A stretch of 50,590 bases of DNA from Candidatus Limnocylindria bacterium (GTDB lineage: Bacteria > Chloroflexota > Limnocylindria > QHBO01). A program made the position numbers and the translations under genes. Location of the stretch: assembly GCA_050695815.1 (NCBI GenBank), contig JBOGSW010000223.1:1-50590 (forward strand), written 5' to 3'. Below are positions 36,634 through 45,652 of the stretch, one piece after another; within the stretch, counting starts at the first letter, position 1; every line of letters begins with the position of its first letter. Under the pieces are notes generated by a model that made no database searches, had not been told where the DNA came from, and worked only from the letters and a program-made list of their open reading frames with translations.

Positions 36634-36665
36634 ACGACCCGACCGGGATCTTCCGGTCGGGTCGT
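36634..36665 (-). terminator. Strong hairpin (13-bp stem) between the small basic ORF and the acyl-CoA dehydrogenase gene
   Basis: AACGACCCGACCGG-gatctt-CCGGTCGGGTCGT. On the minus strand it is followed by TCGGTTGG, a weak U-tract. Confidence 0.45.
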
Positions 36666-36689
36666 CGTCACCGAGGTGATGCGAGCGGA

Positions 36690-36821
36690 TCAGGCGGTGC
36701 GGCGCCAGCGCTCCAGGTCTCTGCGGCTGCGTTGCTCCACCGCGCGCTGGATATTGGCGCGGCGGCGGCGGGTCGCCGTCGGCCGCGGACGGTGTCGCTT
36801 CTGGTGGTTGAGCTTCGCCAT
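36690..36821 (-). CDS. Candidate 43-aa highly basic small protein
   Basis: MAKLNHQKRHRPRPTATRRRRANIQRAVEQRSRRDLERWRRTA. ATG preceded by GGGGGAGA at about 8 nt. Hairpin 25 nt after the stop. Too short for the ORF track. Confidence 0.3.
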   Translation of the reverse strand: MAKLNHQKRHRPRPTATRRRRANIQRAVEQRSRRDLERWRRTA

Positions 36822-36911
36822 CGGTCTTCTGTCTCCCCCGGTGGCCCGGATGCGATGAGTGGCTGTAAGACGCCGGGGGCCACGCGGAAGTTGCAGAGTT
36901 TGCTCGCTTTC

Positions 36912-36942
36912 TTGACAGGCAAGGGAGCGTGAAATCTATACT
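36912..36942 (+). promoter_or_regulatory. Sigma70-like promoter candidate for the pot operon
   Basis: TTGACA (36912-36917) and TATACT (36937-36942). The spacer is 19 nt, longer than optimal. It lies 45 nt upstream of the GTG at 36987. Confidence 0.35.
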
Positions 36943-36986
36943 CGCGCGGCCTACCGCAACGCGACCGGATTGACGAGTGCCCGAGC

Positions 36987-38153
36987 GTGCCTGAAGTCGA
37001 CGTCCGCCTGGATCGAGTCACGAAGCGATTCGGTGACGTCACGGCCGTCCACGACCTGACGCTCGAGATCGAGCGCGGCGAGTTCTTCTCCCTGCTCGGG
37101 CCGTCCGGCTGCGGCAAGACCACCACCCTGCGCATGATCGGCGGCTTCGAGGAGGTCACGGAAGGGACCGTCCACCTCGGTGACCGAGACGTGACCGCCC
37201 TGCCGCCATTCCGGCGCGACACGAACACGGTCTTTCAGAACTACGCGCTCTTCCCGCACCTGACCGTCTTCGAGAACATCGCCTTCGGCCTGCGTCGCCG
37301 GAAGACGCCCACGAACGAGATCCGGCACCAGGTGGCGTTCATGCTCAAGCTGGTCGAGCTGCCCGGGTACGAGCAGCGCAAGCCGAACCAGCTCTCCGGC
37401 GGGCAGCAGCAGCGCATCGCGCTGGCCCGGGCGCTCGTCAACAATCCCCAGGTCCTGCTCCTGGACGAGCCGCTCGGTGCGCTCGATCTCAAGCTGCGCA
37501 AGCAGATGCAGGTGGAGCTGAAGCGTATCCAGAGCGAGATCGGCATCACCTTCATCTTCGTGACGCACGACCAGGAGGAGGCGATGACGATGTCCGATCG
37601 GATCGCGGTCATGCGCCACGGCAGGATCGAGCAGCTCGGCCCGCCCGAGGACCTGTACGAGCGACCCGCCACCGACTTCGTGGCCGGCTTCCTGGGCGTC
37701 AGCAACCTGCTCGACGCCGTGGTGGCGGCCCGCGGCGATCCCTTCGCGGATCTGCGCCTGGGGGACGGCACCACGGTCCGTGCGCCGGCCGCCGGGCTCA
37801 ACGGAGCCGATCGCGTTCGGTTGGGGGTTCGGCCCGAGAAGCTGCGCGTCCTGGCCCTCGATGAGCGCAGCACCGAGAGCGCGTCGGTCGACACCAACGC
37901 GATCGAGGGGACCGTGCTCGACGCGTCCTACATCGGCGTGAGCACGCAGTACATCGTCGAGACCGCGGACGGCCACAAGCTGGTCGTCTACGCCCAGAAC
38001 CTGGAAACCAGCGGGGCCGGCGAGGCGCTGGCCGATGGCCAGCGCGTGCGGCTCACCTGGAAGCCCCAGCACACCTTCGTCATCGGTCCTTCTGCCGGAC
38101 CGTCAACCGACGTGGAATCACCCGAGGAGGAGGAGGTCTACCCCGATGCGTGA
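36987..38153 (+). CDS. potA: Spermidine/putrescine-type ABC transporter ATP-binding protein
   Basis: Walker A GPSGCGKTT, signature LSGGQQQRIALARAL, Walker B LLLDEP, and a C-terminal TOBE-like domain. Confidence 0.85.
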   Translation: MPEVDVRLDRVTKRFGDVTAVHDLTLEIERGEFFSLLGPSGCGKTTTLRMIGGFEEVTEGTVHLGDRDVTALPPFRRDTNTVFQNYALFPHLTVFENIAFGLRRRKTPTNEIRHQVAFMLKLVELPGYEQRKPNQLSGGQQQRIALARALVNNPQVLLLDEPLGALDLKLRKQMQVELKRIQSEIGITFIFVTHDQEEAMTMSDRIAVMRHGRIEQLGPPEDLYERPATDFVAGFLGVSNLLDAVVAARGDPFADLRLGDGTTVRAPAAGLNGADRVRLGVRPEKLRVLALDERSTESASVDTNAIEGTVLDASYIGVSTQYIVETADGHKLVVYAQNLETSGAGEALADGQRVRLTWKPQHTFVIGPSAGPSTDVESPEEEEVYPDA

Positions 38154-39426
38154 CGAGAGCGGTATCGAGCGAGCCATTGCGCGGGCGCTTCGCCCGCGGC
38201 GACGCCTGTCGCGGCGCATGTTCCTGCGGCAGAGCGGACGCGGCGCTCTCATCGCGGGGTCAGCCCTCTCATTGCCGTCGATCCTGGCGGCGTGCGGTAT
38301 CGGCCCGGGTGCCTCGCCGAGCGGTGCGGCCGGGACGACACCGGGGCCGGTGGTCGGGGGCGGCGAGCTGTCGGGCGAGCTCGTCTTCGCCAACTGGCCG
38401 CTCTACATCGACCAGGACGAGGAGACCGGCGCGTCGCCCACGCTCGAGCAGTTCACCGAAGCGACCGGGAGCACGGTCGACTACCAGGAGTCGATCCAGG
38501 ACAACCAGGAGTTCTTCGGCACCATCCAGCCCCAGCTCGAGGGAGGCGAGCCAACCGGCTGGGACATGATCGTCATGACCGACTGGATGGTCGGCAACAT
38601 GATCAACCTCGGCTACCTCGAGCGGATCGACGTGGCGGCCTCGGTACCGAACTTCGTGGCCAACGCCGATGACAAGTACAAGAACCCGAGCTACGACGCG
38701 AACAACCAGCACAGCGTGCCGTGGGCGTCGGGCTACACGGGGATCGCCTACAACCCGGAGCTCACCGGGCGCGAGATCACCGGCTTCGCCGACCTGCTCG
38801 ACCCCGAGTTCTCCGGGCGCATCGGCATGTTCAGCGAGGTGCGCGACTCGCTCAGCCTGGCGCTGCTCCACAACGGCGTGGAGCCAAAGGGCGCGACCGA
38901 GGACGACGTGCGCGCCGCCAACCAGGTGCTCGTCGACCAGGCGCCGCTGGTGCGCGGGTACTACGGCAACGAGTACGCGCAGGAGCTGGCCAACGGCTCG
39001 CTGGCCGTGACCATGGCCTGGTCGGGCGACGTCTTCCAGCTGCAGTTCGACAACCCGGACCTGCGATTCATCATTCCCGAGGCGGGCGGCATCCTGTGGA
39101 TCGACAACATGTGCATCCCGAAGGGAGCCGCCCATCCGGCCGACGCGGTGGCGATGATGGACTTTGTCTTCCAGCCCGAGATCGCGGCCCAGATGGCGGA
39201 GTACATCAACTTCATCTGCCCCGTGCCCGCCGCGCAGGACATCATCCGGCAGCACGCTGAAGAGGCCGAGTCCGAGGAGGATCGCGACTACTACAGCGCG
39301 GTCGCCGAGTCGCCGCTCGTCTTCCCGACCCCCGAGGACCTCGCCAAAGTCCACTCGTACAAGGTCCTGACCGAGGAGGAGGAGTCGCTGTGGAACGAGC
39401 TCTTCCAGGAGGTCACCCAGGGGTAG
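38146..39426 (+). CDS. potD: Polyamine-type ABC substrate-binding lipoprotein (PotD/PotF family)
   Basis: Tat-like SRRMFLRQSG and lipobox LAACG. ELVFANWPLYID resembles the PotD family start. Confidence 0.7.
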   Translation: MRDESGIERAIARALRPRRRLSRRMFLRQSGRGALIAGSALSLPSILAACGIGPGASPSGAAGTTPGPVVGGGELSGELVFANWPLYIDQDEETGASPTLEQFTEATGSTVDYQESIQDNQEFFGTIQPQLEGGEPTGWDMIVMTDWMVGNMINLGYLERIDVAASVPNFVANADDKYKNPSYDANNQHSVPWASGYTGIAYNPELTGREITGFADLLDPEFSGRIGMFSEVRDSLSLALLHNGVEPKGATEDDVRAANQVLVDQAPLVRGYYGNEYAQELANGSLAVTMAWSGDVFQLQFDNPDLRFIIPEAGGILWIDNMCIPKGAAHPADAVAMMDFVFQPEIAAQMAEYINFICPVPAAQDIIRQHAEEAESEEDRDYYSAVAESPLVFPTPEDLAKVHSYKVLTEEEESLWNELFQEVTQG

Positions 39427-39448
39427 GGACCGGCCGGGAGGCGCGCCG

Positions 39449-40312
39449 ATGAGCGGCTGGCTGCGGCAGCACCGCAGCCTCATCCCCTACCTCTTCCTGC
39501 TGCCCGGCGTGCTCTGGCTGCTCGCCTTCTTCGTGGTGCCGATGCTGGCGATGGCATCGGTCGCCACCCAGGAGGGGACGCTCGGCACCGGGTTCCGGCA
39601 GACCTTCAACGTGGGCGTCTTCCCCGAGGTGCTGGACCGATACGCCCCGCACTTCCTGCGCTCGCTCGAGTACGCGCTGGTGGTCACCATCCTGACCATC
39701 GCCATCGGCTTCCCGATGGCGTACACCATCGCCTTCCGCGGTGGGCGCTACAAGAACGTCCTGCTGCTGCTGGTGATCATGCCCTTCTTCACCAGCTTCG
39801 TGATCCGCACCATCAGCTGGAAGTTCATCCTGGCCGACCAGGGATTCGTCCTCGGAACGCTCAAGGAGGCGGGCCTCCTGGACGAGGGGTTCAGGATCCT
39901 GGCCACCCCGGCCGCGGTGATCAGTGGCATCACCTACAACTTCCTGCCGTTCTTCGTGCTGCCCATGTACGTGGCCCTGGAGCGCATCGACTACCGGCTG
40001 GTGGAGGCGGCGACCGACCTGTACGCCAGCCGCCTGCAGGCGTTCCTGCGCGTCACCCTGCCCCTCTCCATTCCCGGCCTCTTCGCCGGGTCGCTCCTCA
40101 CCTTCATCCCGGCAACCGGCGACTACATCAACGCCGAGCTCCTCGGCGGCACGCGCGATACACAGATGATCGGCAACGTGGTGCAGACCCTCTACATCGT
40201 GAACCGCGACTACCCGCACGCGGCGGCGGTCAGCCTGATCCTGATGGTCGGCCTGCTCGTGGGCGTCGTGCTCTACCGTCGCGTCCTGCGCGGGCAGGAG
40301 CTGACCATCTGA
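39449..40312 (+). CDS. potB: ABC transporter permease (PotB-like)
   Basis: Six TM segments and the EAA-like loop ALERIDYRLVEAATDLYAS. Confidence 0.75.
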   Translation: MSGWLRQHRSLIPYLFLLPGVLWLLAFFVVPMLAMASVATQEGTLGTGFRQTFNVGVFPEVLDRYAPHFLRSLEYALVVTILTIAIGFPMAYTIAFRGGRYKNVLLLLVIMPFFTSFVIRTISWKFILADQGFVLGTLKEAGLLDEGFRILATPAAVISGITYNFLPFFVLPMYVALERIDYRLVEAATDLYASRLQAFLRVTLPLSIPGLFAGSLLTFIPATGDYINAELLGGTRDTQMIGNVVQTLYIVNRDYPHAAAVSLILMVGLLVGVVLYRRVLRGQELTI

Positions 40313-41220
40313 TGTCCGCCGTCGCCGACGCCACCGCGCCCGCCGAGCTGACGGCAGCGCCGCGCAGCCGGCGTCCGGTCAGCGCCCGCATCGGCCAGGC
40401 CATCCTTCCGGTCTTCACGGCCCTGGTGGTCGGCTATCTCTTCCTGCCGATCGTGGTCATGATCGCCTTCGGGTTCAACGACAACGTGGGCCGCTTCAAC
40501 TTCACGTGGCAGGGCTTCACGCTGGAGCATTACGCCAACGTGTTCACCAGCCAGCCGCGCATGAACCAGGCGCTCATCGCCAGCGTCACGGTGGCGGTCG
40601 TGTCGACGCTGGCGGCGACGACGCTCGGCACGCTCATCGGCCTGGCATTGACGCGCTATGAGTTCCGCGGCCGCGGTCCCCTGAACCTGCTCATCTTCCT
40701 GCCGATCGCGTCACCGGAGGTGGTGCTGGGCGCATCGCTGCTCGCGCTCTACGTGTCGGTCGGCATGAGCCTGGGGCTGGTCACGATCATCATCGCCCAC
40801 ATCATGTTCAACATCAGCTTCGTGGTCGTCACCGTGCGGGCTCGGATTGCGGGGTTCAACCGCGCCCTCGAGGAGGCGGCCATGGACCTCGGGGCGGACG
40901 AGTGGACCACCTTCCGCAAGGTGACCTTCCCGCTCATCTTCCCCGGCATCCTGGCCGCGGCGCTGCTCGCCTTCGCCCTGTCGATCGACGATTTCGTGAT
41001 CACCCAGTTCACCGCCGGCCAGACGGTCACTTTCCCGCTGTGGGTGTACGGGGCGTCGCGCATCGGCGTGCCACCCCAGGTGAATGTGATGGGCACCATC
41101 ATCTTCGGCGTGGCGCTGCTCGGGATCCTGCTGTGGAGCATCCTCCAGCGGCGCGACCAGGCCCGCGATCGGGGATCGGCGGCAGCGGATGAGCGGCAGC
41201 GGATGAGCAGCGTCGGATGA
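40312..41220 (+). CDS. potC: ABC transporter permease (PotC-like)
   Basis: ATG overlaps the potB stop. EAA loop ALEEAAMDLGADEWTTFRKVTFPL. Confidence 0.75.
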   Translation: MSAVADATAPAELTAAPRSRRPVSARIGQAILPVFTALVVGYLFLPIVVMIAFGFNDNVGRFNFTWQGFTLEHYANVFTSQPRMNQALIASVTVAVVSTLAATTLGTLIGLALTRYEFRGRGPLNLLIFLPIASPEVVLGASLLALYVSVGMSLGLVTIIIAHIMFNISFVVVTVRARIAGFNRALEEAAMDLGADEWTTFRKVTFPLIFPGILAAALLAFALSIDDFVITQFTAGQTVTFPLWVYGASRIGVPPQVNVMGTIIFGVALLGILLWSILQRRDQARDRGSAAADERQRMSSVG

Positions 41221-42515
41221 GCAGCGTCGGATTCGACTGGGCCTCGCTGCGCGCGGGCGTGCCGCCGGCCTGGGCGCGCTTCACCGACCTCATCGTGGAG
41301 CGCGCCTCCGGCTCGTGGATCGAGACGACCGATGGCGAGCGCTACCTCGATTACACGTCCGGGATCGGCGTCACCAACACCGGCCACGCGCATCCTCGGG
41401 TGGTCGCGGCGCTGGCGGAGCAGGCGGCGCGCGGCATCCATCTGCAGCAGAACATCGTGTACCACCGGCCCGGGCTCGAGCTCCACCGGCGCCTGCCGCA
41501 ACGCTTCCCGAATCCGAGGGCCGATACCGACTACGGGCTCTTCCTGTCGAACTCGGGCGCGGAGGCTGTCGAATCGGCGGTGAAGCTGGCCAAGACGGTC
41601 ACGCGGCGCCCGAACGTGATCGCGTTCCGCGGCGGGTTCCACGGCCGCACGCACGGCGCAATGGCCCTCACCAGCTCCAACGTGAAGTACCGCGCCCACT
41701 TCGAGCCGCTCATGGGCGGCGTCCACTTCGTCCCGTTCCCCTACCCGCTGCGCATGGGCGGGACCGATGCCGCTCTGGCGGCCACCATGGCCGCACTCGA
41801 CGAGCTGTTCGCCACGCTGGTGGCGCCCGACGACGTGGCCGCGTTCGTGGTCGAGCCGGTGCTCGGGGAGGGCGGCTACGTGATCCCGCCGGACGGCTTC
41901 CTGCCCGCGCTGCGCGAGGTGGCCAATCGTCACGGGATCCTGCTCGCCGTCGATGAGGTGCAGTCCGGGTTCGGCCGCACGGGCCGGTTCTTCGCGGCCG
42001 AATGGACCGATGCCAGCCCGGACATCGTGATCATGGCCAAGGGGATCGCCTCGGGGCTGCCGCTATCGGGCATCCTCGCCCCGCGGCCGCTGCTCGACCA
42101 GCTGGCTCCCGGCTCGCACGGCGGCACGTACGGCGGCAACGCGGTGGCCTGCGCTGCGGCGCTGGCCACGCTCGAGGTCATCGACGACGAGGGGCTCTCA
42201 GGCCGGGCGGTACGGCTCGGCACCGAGCTGCTCGAGCGCCTGCGCCAGCTGGCCGTCGGGCACGAGCGGGTCGCGGAGGTGCGTGGCCGCGGGATGATGA
42301 TCGGCATCGAGCTCGCCGATCCGGGAACGCTGGCGCCGCGGCCCGACCTGGCACGGGCGGTGCTGAGTGGCGCCATGGCAAGGAACGTGCTGCTGCTGAC
42401 CTGCGGCACGTACGGGCAGGTGGTGCGGGTGATCCCGCCGCTCGTGACGACCGATGACGAGGTCGCGCTGGCGCTCGAGGCGATCGGCGCGGCGCTCGAA
42501 GCCATCGACGCCTGA
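41217..42515 (+). CDS. Class-III PLP aminotransferase (4-aminobutyrate/putrescine aminotransferase-like)
   Basis: YLDYTSGIGVTNTGHAHP, LLAVDEVQSGFGRTG and IVIMAKGIASG (PLP Lys). ATGA overlap with potC. Confidence 0.85.
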   Translation: MSSVGFDWASLRAGVPPAWARFTDLIVERASGSWIETTDGERYLDYTSGIGVTNTGHAHPRVVAALAEQAARGIHLQQNIVYHRPGLELHRRLPQRFPNPRADTDYGLFLSNSGAEAVESAVKLAKTVTRRPNVIAFRGGFHGRTHGAMALTSSNVKYRAHFEPLMGGVHFVPFPYPLRMGGTDAALAATMAALDELFATLVAPDDVAAFVVEPVLGEGGYVIPPDGFLPALREVANRHGILLAVDEVQSGFGRTGRFFAAEWTDASPDIVIMAKGIASGLPLSGILAPRPLLDQLAPGSHGGTYGGNAVACAAALATLEVIDDEGLSGRAVRLGTELLERLRQLAVGHERVAEVRGRGMMIGIELADPGTLAPRPDLARAVLSGAMARNVLLLTCGTYGQVVRVIPPLVTTDDEVALALEAIGAALEAIDA

Positions 42516-42524
42516 GGAGAACGG

Positions 42525-42920
42525 ATGCCGCACAAGGTCTGGGTGGTCGACGACGAGCCGCTGATCCGCGCCGCGATGCTCGCGGTGCTGGCGGAGACCG
42601 GGTACCAATCTCGGGGCTTCGGGAACGCCGAGGAGCTCTACCTCGCCCTCGTCGAGGACGGCGAGATCCCCGATCTGCTCATCCTCGATCAGCGCCTGCC
42701 CGATGAATACGGCTCGACCATCGTCCACTCCCTGCGCGAGCGTCCGCAGTACCGCGATATCCCCGTCATCTTCGTGACCGCTATCGATGACGAGGAGGCG
42801 GACCGGCTGGCCGCCGTCGCGCCGGTCGTGCGCAAGCCGTTCGACTTCACCGACTTCATCGAGGCGGTGGAGGTCCAGCTGGCCGAGCCAAGCGCCGGGT
42901 CGAGCGCCGCCGAAGCCTAG
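42525..42920 (+). CDS. Single-domain response regulator (receiver only)
   Basis: VWVVDDEP, LLILDQRLPD (acceptor Asp) and VVRKPF. No output domain. Confidence 0.85.
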   Translation: MPHKVWVVDDEPLIRAAMLAVLAETGYQSRGFGNAEELYLALVEDGEIPDLLILDQRLPDEYGSTIVHSLRERPQYRDIPVIFVTAIDDEEADRLAAVAPVVRKPFDFTDFIEAVEVQLAEPSAGSSAAEA

Positions 42921-42947
42921 CCACGGGATATCCTGCGCGGCGCTCGC

Positions 42948-43517
42948 TCAGTCGGGCGGACCTGTGGCGAACGCGGCCAGCACCGAGATCGGCACCGGCA
43001 CGAGCGGCGGCCGTGGCGTGATCTGGGCCAGCGGGTCCGCGGCCGCCAGTTCGAGGCGTTCCGCGAGCCACGGCACGCAGCGCCGCCCCTGGCAGGCGCC
43101 GAAGCCGATGCGCGTCGCCCGCTTGACGGCGTCGACCGTCTCCCAGCCCGCCCCGATGGCCCGGTAGGCGGCGTCGACGCTCACTCCGCGACAGGCGCAG
43201 GCCAGGCGCTCGAGCTCGCCCTCCGCGGCAACCGGGCCGCTACCGGCGAGGAGGGCCTCGAGTCGGCCGTCGGAACGCTCGATCATGAGCCGCCCGGCAC
43301 GGATCTCGAGCGGCTGCACGGCGCTCCCATCGAGTGCGGCGGCGCGCACGACGGTCAGGCCGGCATCGGTCCAGGCGTCGAAGACGGTCGCACCGTCATG
43401 GTCGGGCAGGTCGCCGTCCACGACGCGCAGCGACGCCACCTCGAGCCGCCGCACGGAACCGACCAGCAGCGGTCGGTGGTCCGGCGCGCGCAGCCGCTCC
43501 CAGGCGGGCTCGCTCAT
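42948..43517 (-). CDS. BFD-like [2Fe-2S]-binding protein
   Basis: CACRGVSVDAAYRAIGAGWETVDAVKRATRIGFGACQGRRC. ATG at 43517 overlaps the flavin reductase stop (ATGA). Confidence 0.65.
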   Translation of the reverse strand: MSEPAWERLRAPDHRPLLVGSVRRLEVASLRVVDGDLPDHDGATVFDAWTDAGLTVVRAAALDGSAVQPLEIRAGRLMIERSDGRLEALLAGSGPVAAEGELERLACACRGVSVDAAYRAIGAGWETVDAVKRATRIGFGACQGRRCVPWLAERLELAAADPLAQITPRPPLVPVPISVLAAFATGPPD

Positions 43518-44017
43518 GCCTCGGGCTCCGGCGCCAGGCGCCGGTAGCGCGAGCCGTACCAGGCCAGCGGCTCCGCATCCTCGCGATAGCCGGAGGCCAC
43601 GATCTCGCCGATGAAAAGGCTGTGGGTGGCAACGTCGTGGCGCTCCGCCATGCGGCAGTCGAAGTAGGCGATCGCGTTCTCCAGGATCGGTGAGCCGGTC
43701 TCGGCCTCGTGCCACGGGGCGTCGCAGAAGCGTTGAAGCTTCGCCGCCGTCGTCGGCTGGGCGAAGCAGTCGGCGAGGTCGCGCTGGTCATCGGCCAGGA
43801 TGCTGATGGCAAAGGCGTGGCTGCCGACCACGGCCGTGTGGGTCTCGGCCTTGCGGGAGATACTGGCAAGCATGAGCGGAGGATCGATGCTGACGCTGGC
43901 GACGGCGTTGGCGGTCATGCCGGCCAGCAGGGGCCCGTGGCGGGCGGCCACCACAGCCACGCCGGTCGCGAAACGGGCCATCATGGCCCGCAGGCGAGCC
44001 TGCTCCTCGGGATCCAT
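43514..44017 (-). CDS. Flavin reductase family protein (HpaC-like)
   Basis: FATGVAVVAA...GMTANAVASVSIDPPLMLASISRKAETHTAV. Confidence 0.85.
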   Translation of the reverse strand: MDPEEQARLRAMMARFATGVAVVAARHGPLLAGMTANAVASVSIDPPLMLASISRKAETHTAVVGSHAFAISILADDQRDLADCFAQPTTAAKLQRFCDAPWHEAETGSPILENAIAYFDCRMAERHDVATHSLFIGEIVASGYREDAEPLAWYGSRYRRLAPEPEA

Positions 44018-44023
44018 CGGTCC

Positions 44024-44869
44024 CTACCTCGCCGGCACGGCGGCCAGGCGGGTGAGCACCAGGAAGAGACGATAGAAGGCATCGCCATCCCCGGCCTCGA
44101 AGCCGATGGTGCGTGGGCCCAGCCGCTCGACACCGGGCAGCACCGCGGCGTAGTCGGCCATCACCGGCAGGCGCAGGTCCATCTCGCCACGGACCGGCAC
44201 CGCGATGTCGGGCAGGCGCATCTCGTCCATGCGGCTCATGGCTCGAGCGACACCGTCGCGGATCGCCTGGCGCGCGACCTCCGGCGAGAGCGAGTCGGCC
44301 GCGGAGTAGCCCAGGCCGCGCTTGACCACTACCCGCTCGGCCCACGGAAGGAGCCGCTCGACCTCGCCGGCCAGCGCATCGTCGCCCGTCACGCACAGGA
44401 CCGCCACGCCGTGGTGCGCCAGCCGGATCGCGTTGAGCCCCGCCTCGTTCTGCGGTACCCCGGCGACGCGGACCTCGAGCACGGTCGCCGAGGAGTACGT
44501 GTGCGAGATGACCCCGGTCGCATGCCCCGCCCCGGCGTGGTAGCCGACGAAGATGGCACAATCGAATGTGCCGTCGCCGTCAGCCCCGATCCCCTGCGTC
44601 ATGCTGAACGGCTTGTCGCCGCTGATGAGCCGGGCCGCCGGATGAAGGTCCTCCGCGCGCAGGTTGCGCATCTGCCAGTGGCTGTCGTTGACGACGACCT
44701 CGTCCGCCCCACCCTCAAATGCCGCTTCGACGGCGGCATTTGCCTCGCCCGCCATGAGGACCCGGCTGCGCTCGTAGTCGGTCCGGTCGACACCCTCGCC
44801 AAAGGTGACCTGGTGGCCGTGGGCCACCCCGGCCAGGCCCTCCATGTCGACAGACACGTAGATGCGCAT
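44024..44869 (-). CDS. dppA: D-aminopeptidase, M55 (DppA) family
   Basis: MRIYVSVDMEGLAGV...VVVNDSHWQMRNL...GYHAGAG. ATG at 44869. Confidence 0.8.
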   Translation of the reverse strand: MRIYVSVDMEGLAGVAHGHQVTFGEGVDRTDYERSRVLMAGEANAAVEAAFEGGADEVVVNDSHWQMRNLRAEDLHPAARLISGDKPFSMTQGIGADGDGTFDCAIFVGYHAGAGHATGVISHTYSSATVLEVRVAGVPQNEAGLNAIRLAHHGVAVLCVTGDDALAGEVERLLPWAERVVVKRGLGYSAADSLSPEVARQAIRDGVARAMSRMDEMRLPDIAVPVRGEMDLRLPVMADYAAVLPGVERLGPRTIGFEAGDGDAFYRLFLVLTRLAAVPAR

Positions 44870-45255
44870 CAGCTGACGAGCCTCAGCAGCCAGGTGAAGG
44901 CCACGCCGGAGCCGATGACGGCGAGCACCAGCACCAGGATGAGCAGCAGCCCACCGATGATCTGTGCCCACGGCGGAACGTCGGTCCCGGCCACGGGGTG
45001 ATGCTGGGGCGGCCCATCGGCCATGATCCCGCTGCCCAGCCAGACGGCGAGCGCGTCGCCGTCGACCCGCACGTCCACCTCGTCGTCGAGCGGCATGATC
45101 ACCAGGCGCTCGCCGGTCGCGAGCTTGTCGGTGGTGAGCAGGGCGCGCCCGCGCCCATCGGTCCCGGACTCGCGCACGAGGAGCGCGTGGTCACCCGCCG
45201 CGTCGAGGGGCTGCGCCTCGAGGCGGCCGGAGCGGCCGATCGGCATGGGGTCCAT
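44869..45255 (-). CDS. Hypothetical C-terminally membrane-anchored protein
   Basis: C-terminal TM IIGGLLLILVLVLAVIGSGVAF. Abuts dppA. No family recognised. Confidence 0.45.
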   Translation of the reverse strand: MDPMPIGRSGRLEAQPLDAAGDHALLVRESGTDGRGRALLTTDKLATGERLVIMPLDDEVDVRVDGDALAVWLGSGIMADGPPQHHPVAGTDVPPWAQIIGGLLLILVLVLAVIGSGVAFTWLLRLVS

Positions 45256-45406
45256 CGGTCCGGATGGTATCAGCCGTCGAGCGCAGCGAGCGTGTCAGCC
45301 GGGGAGCGGCCTCGCCATGCGTCGATTTCTGCCAACCCGGCCGAGTGTTCAAGTGTCTTTAACACTCGCCGGCGGATGGTGCGAAACATCCGGGCCGAGC
45401 GGTATC

Positions 45407-45652
45407 GTGCACGGCGTGCCGCATAGCGATCCCCTCGGCGACGAGCCCTTCAGCTACGTCTCACGCTCGGATGGCGCGATCGTCATCCGCTACCACGCCG
45501 CGCCCGTCACGCTCCTGCGCGGCAGGGCAGCCGAGCGATTCACGACCCGCATGGCCGGAGCCGATGCCGCCGCGGCCCAGCAGCTCATGGCGCGCGCCAC
45601 CGGCAACTTCAAGCACGGCAACGAGCGCGCCGGGAAGCGGCGGCGCGACTAG
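45407..45652 (+). CDS. Small conserved-looking hypothetical protein
   Basis: PFSYVSRSDGAIVIRYHAAPVTLLRGRAAERF...QQLMARATGNFKHGNER. GTG start at 45407 or 45416. Confidence 0.45.
   Translation: MHGVPHSDPLGDEPFSYVSRSDGAIVIRYHAAPVTLLRGRAAERFTTRMAGADAAAAQQLMARATGNFKHGNERAGKRRRD

Noticed and set aside
42948-44869. [2Fe-2S] protein, flavin reductase and DppA as a possible novel opine/amino-acid oxidase system
   Set aside because: No oxidase or dehydrogenase large subunit is present in the cluster. The three families are common and their linkage here is not distinctive enough to support a claim.
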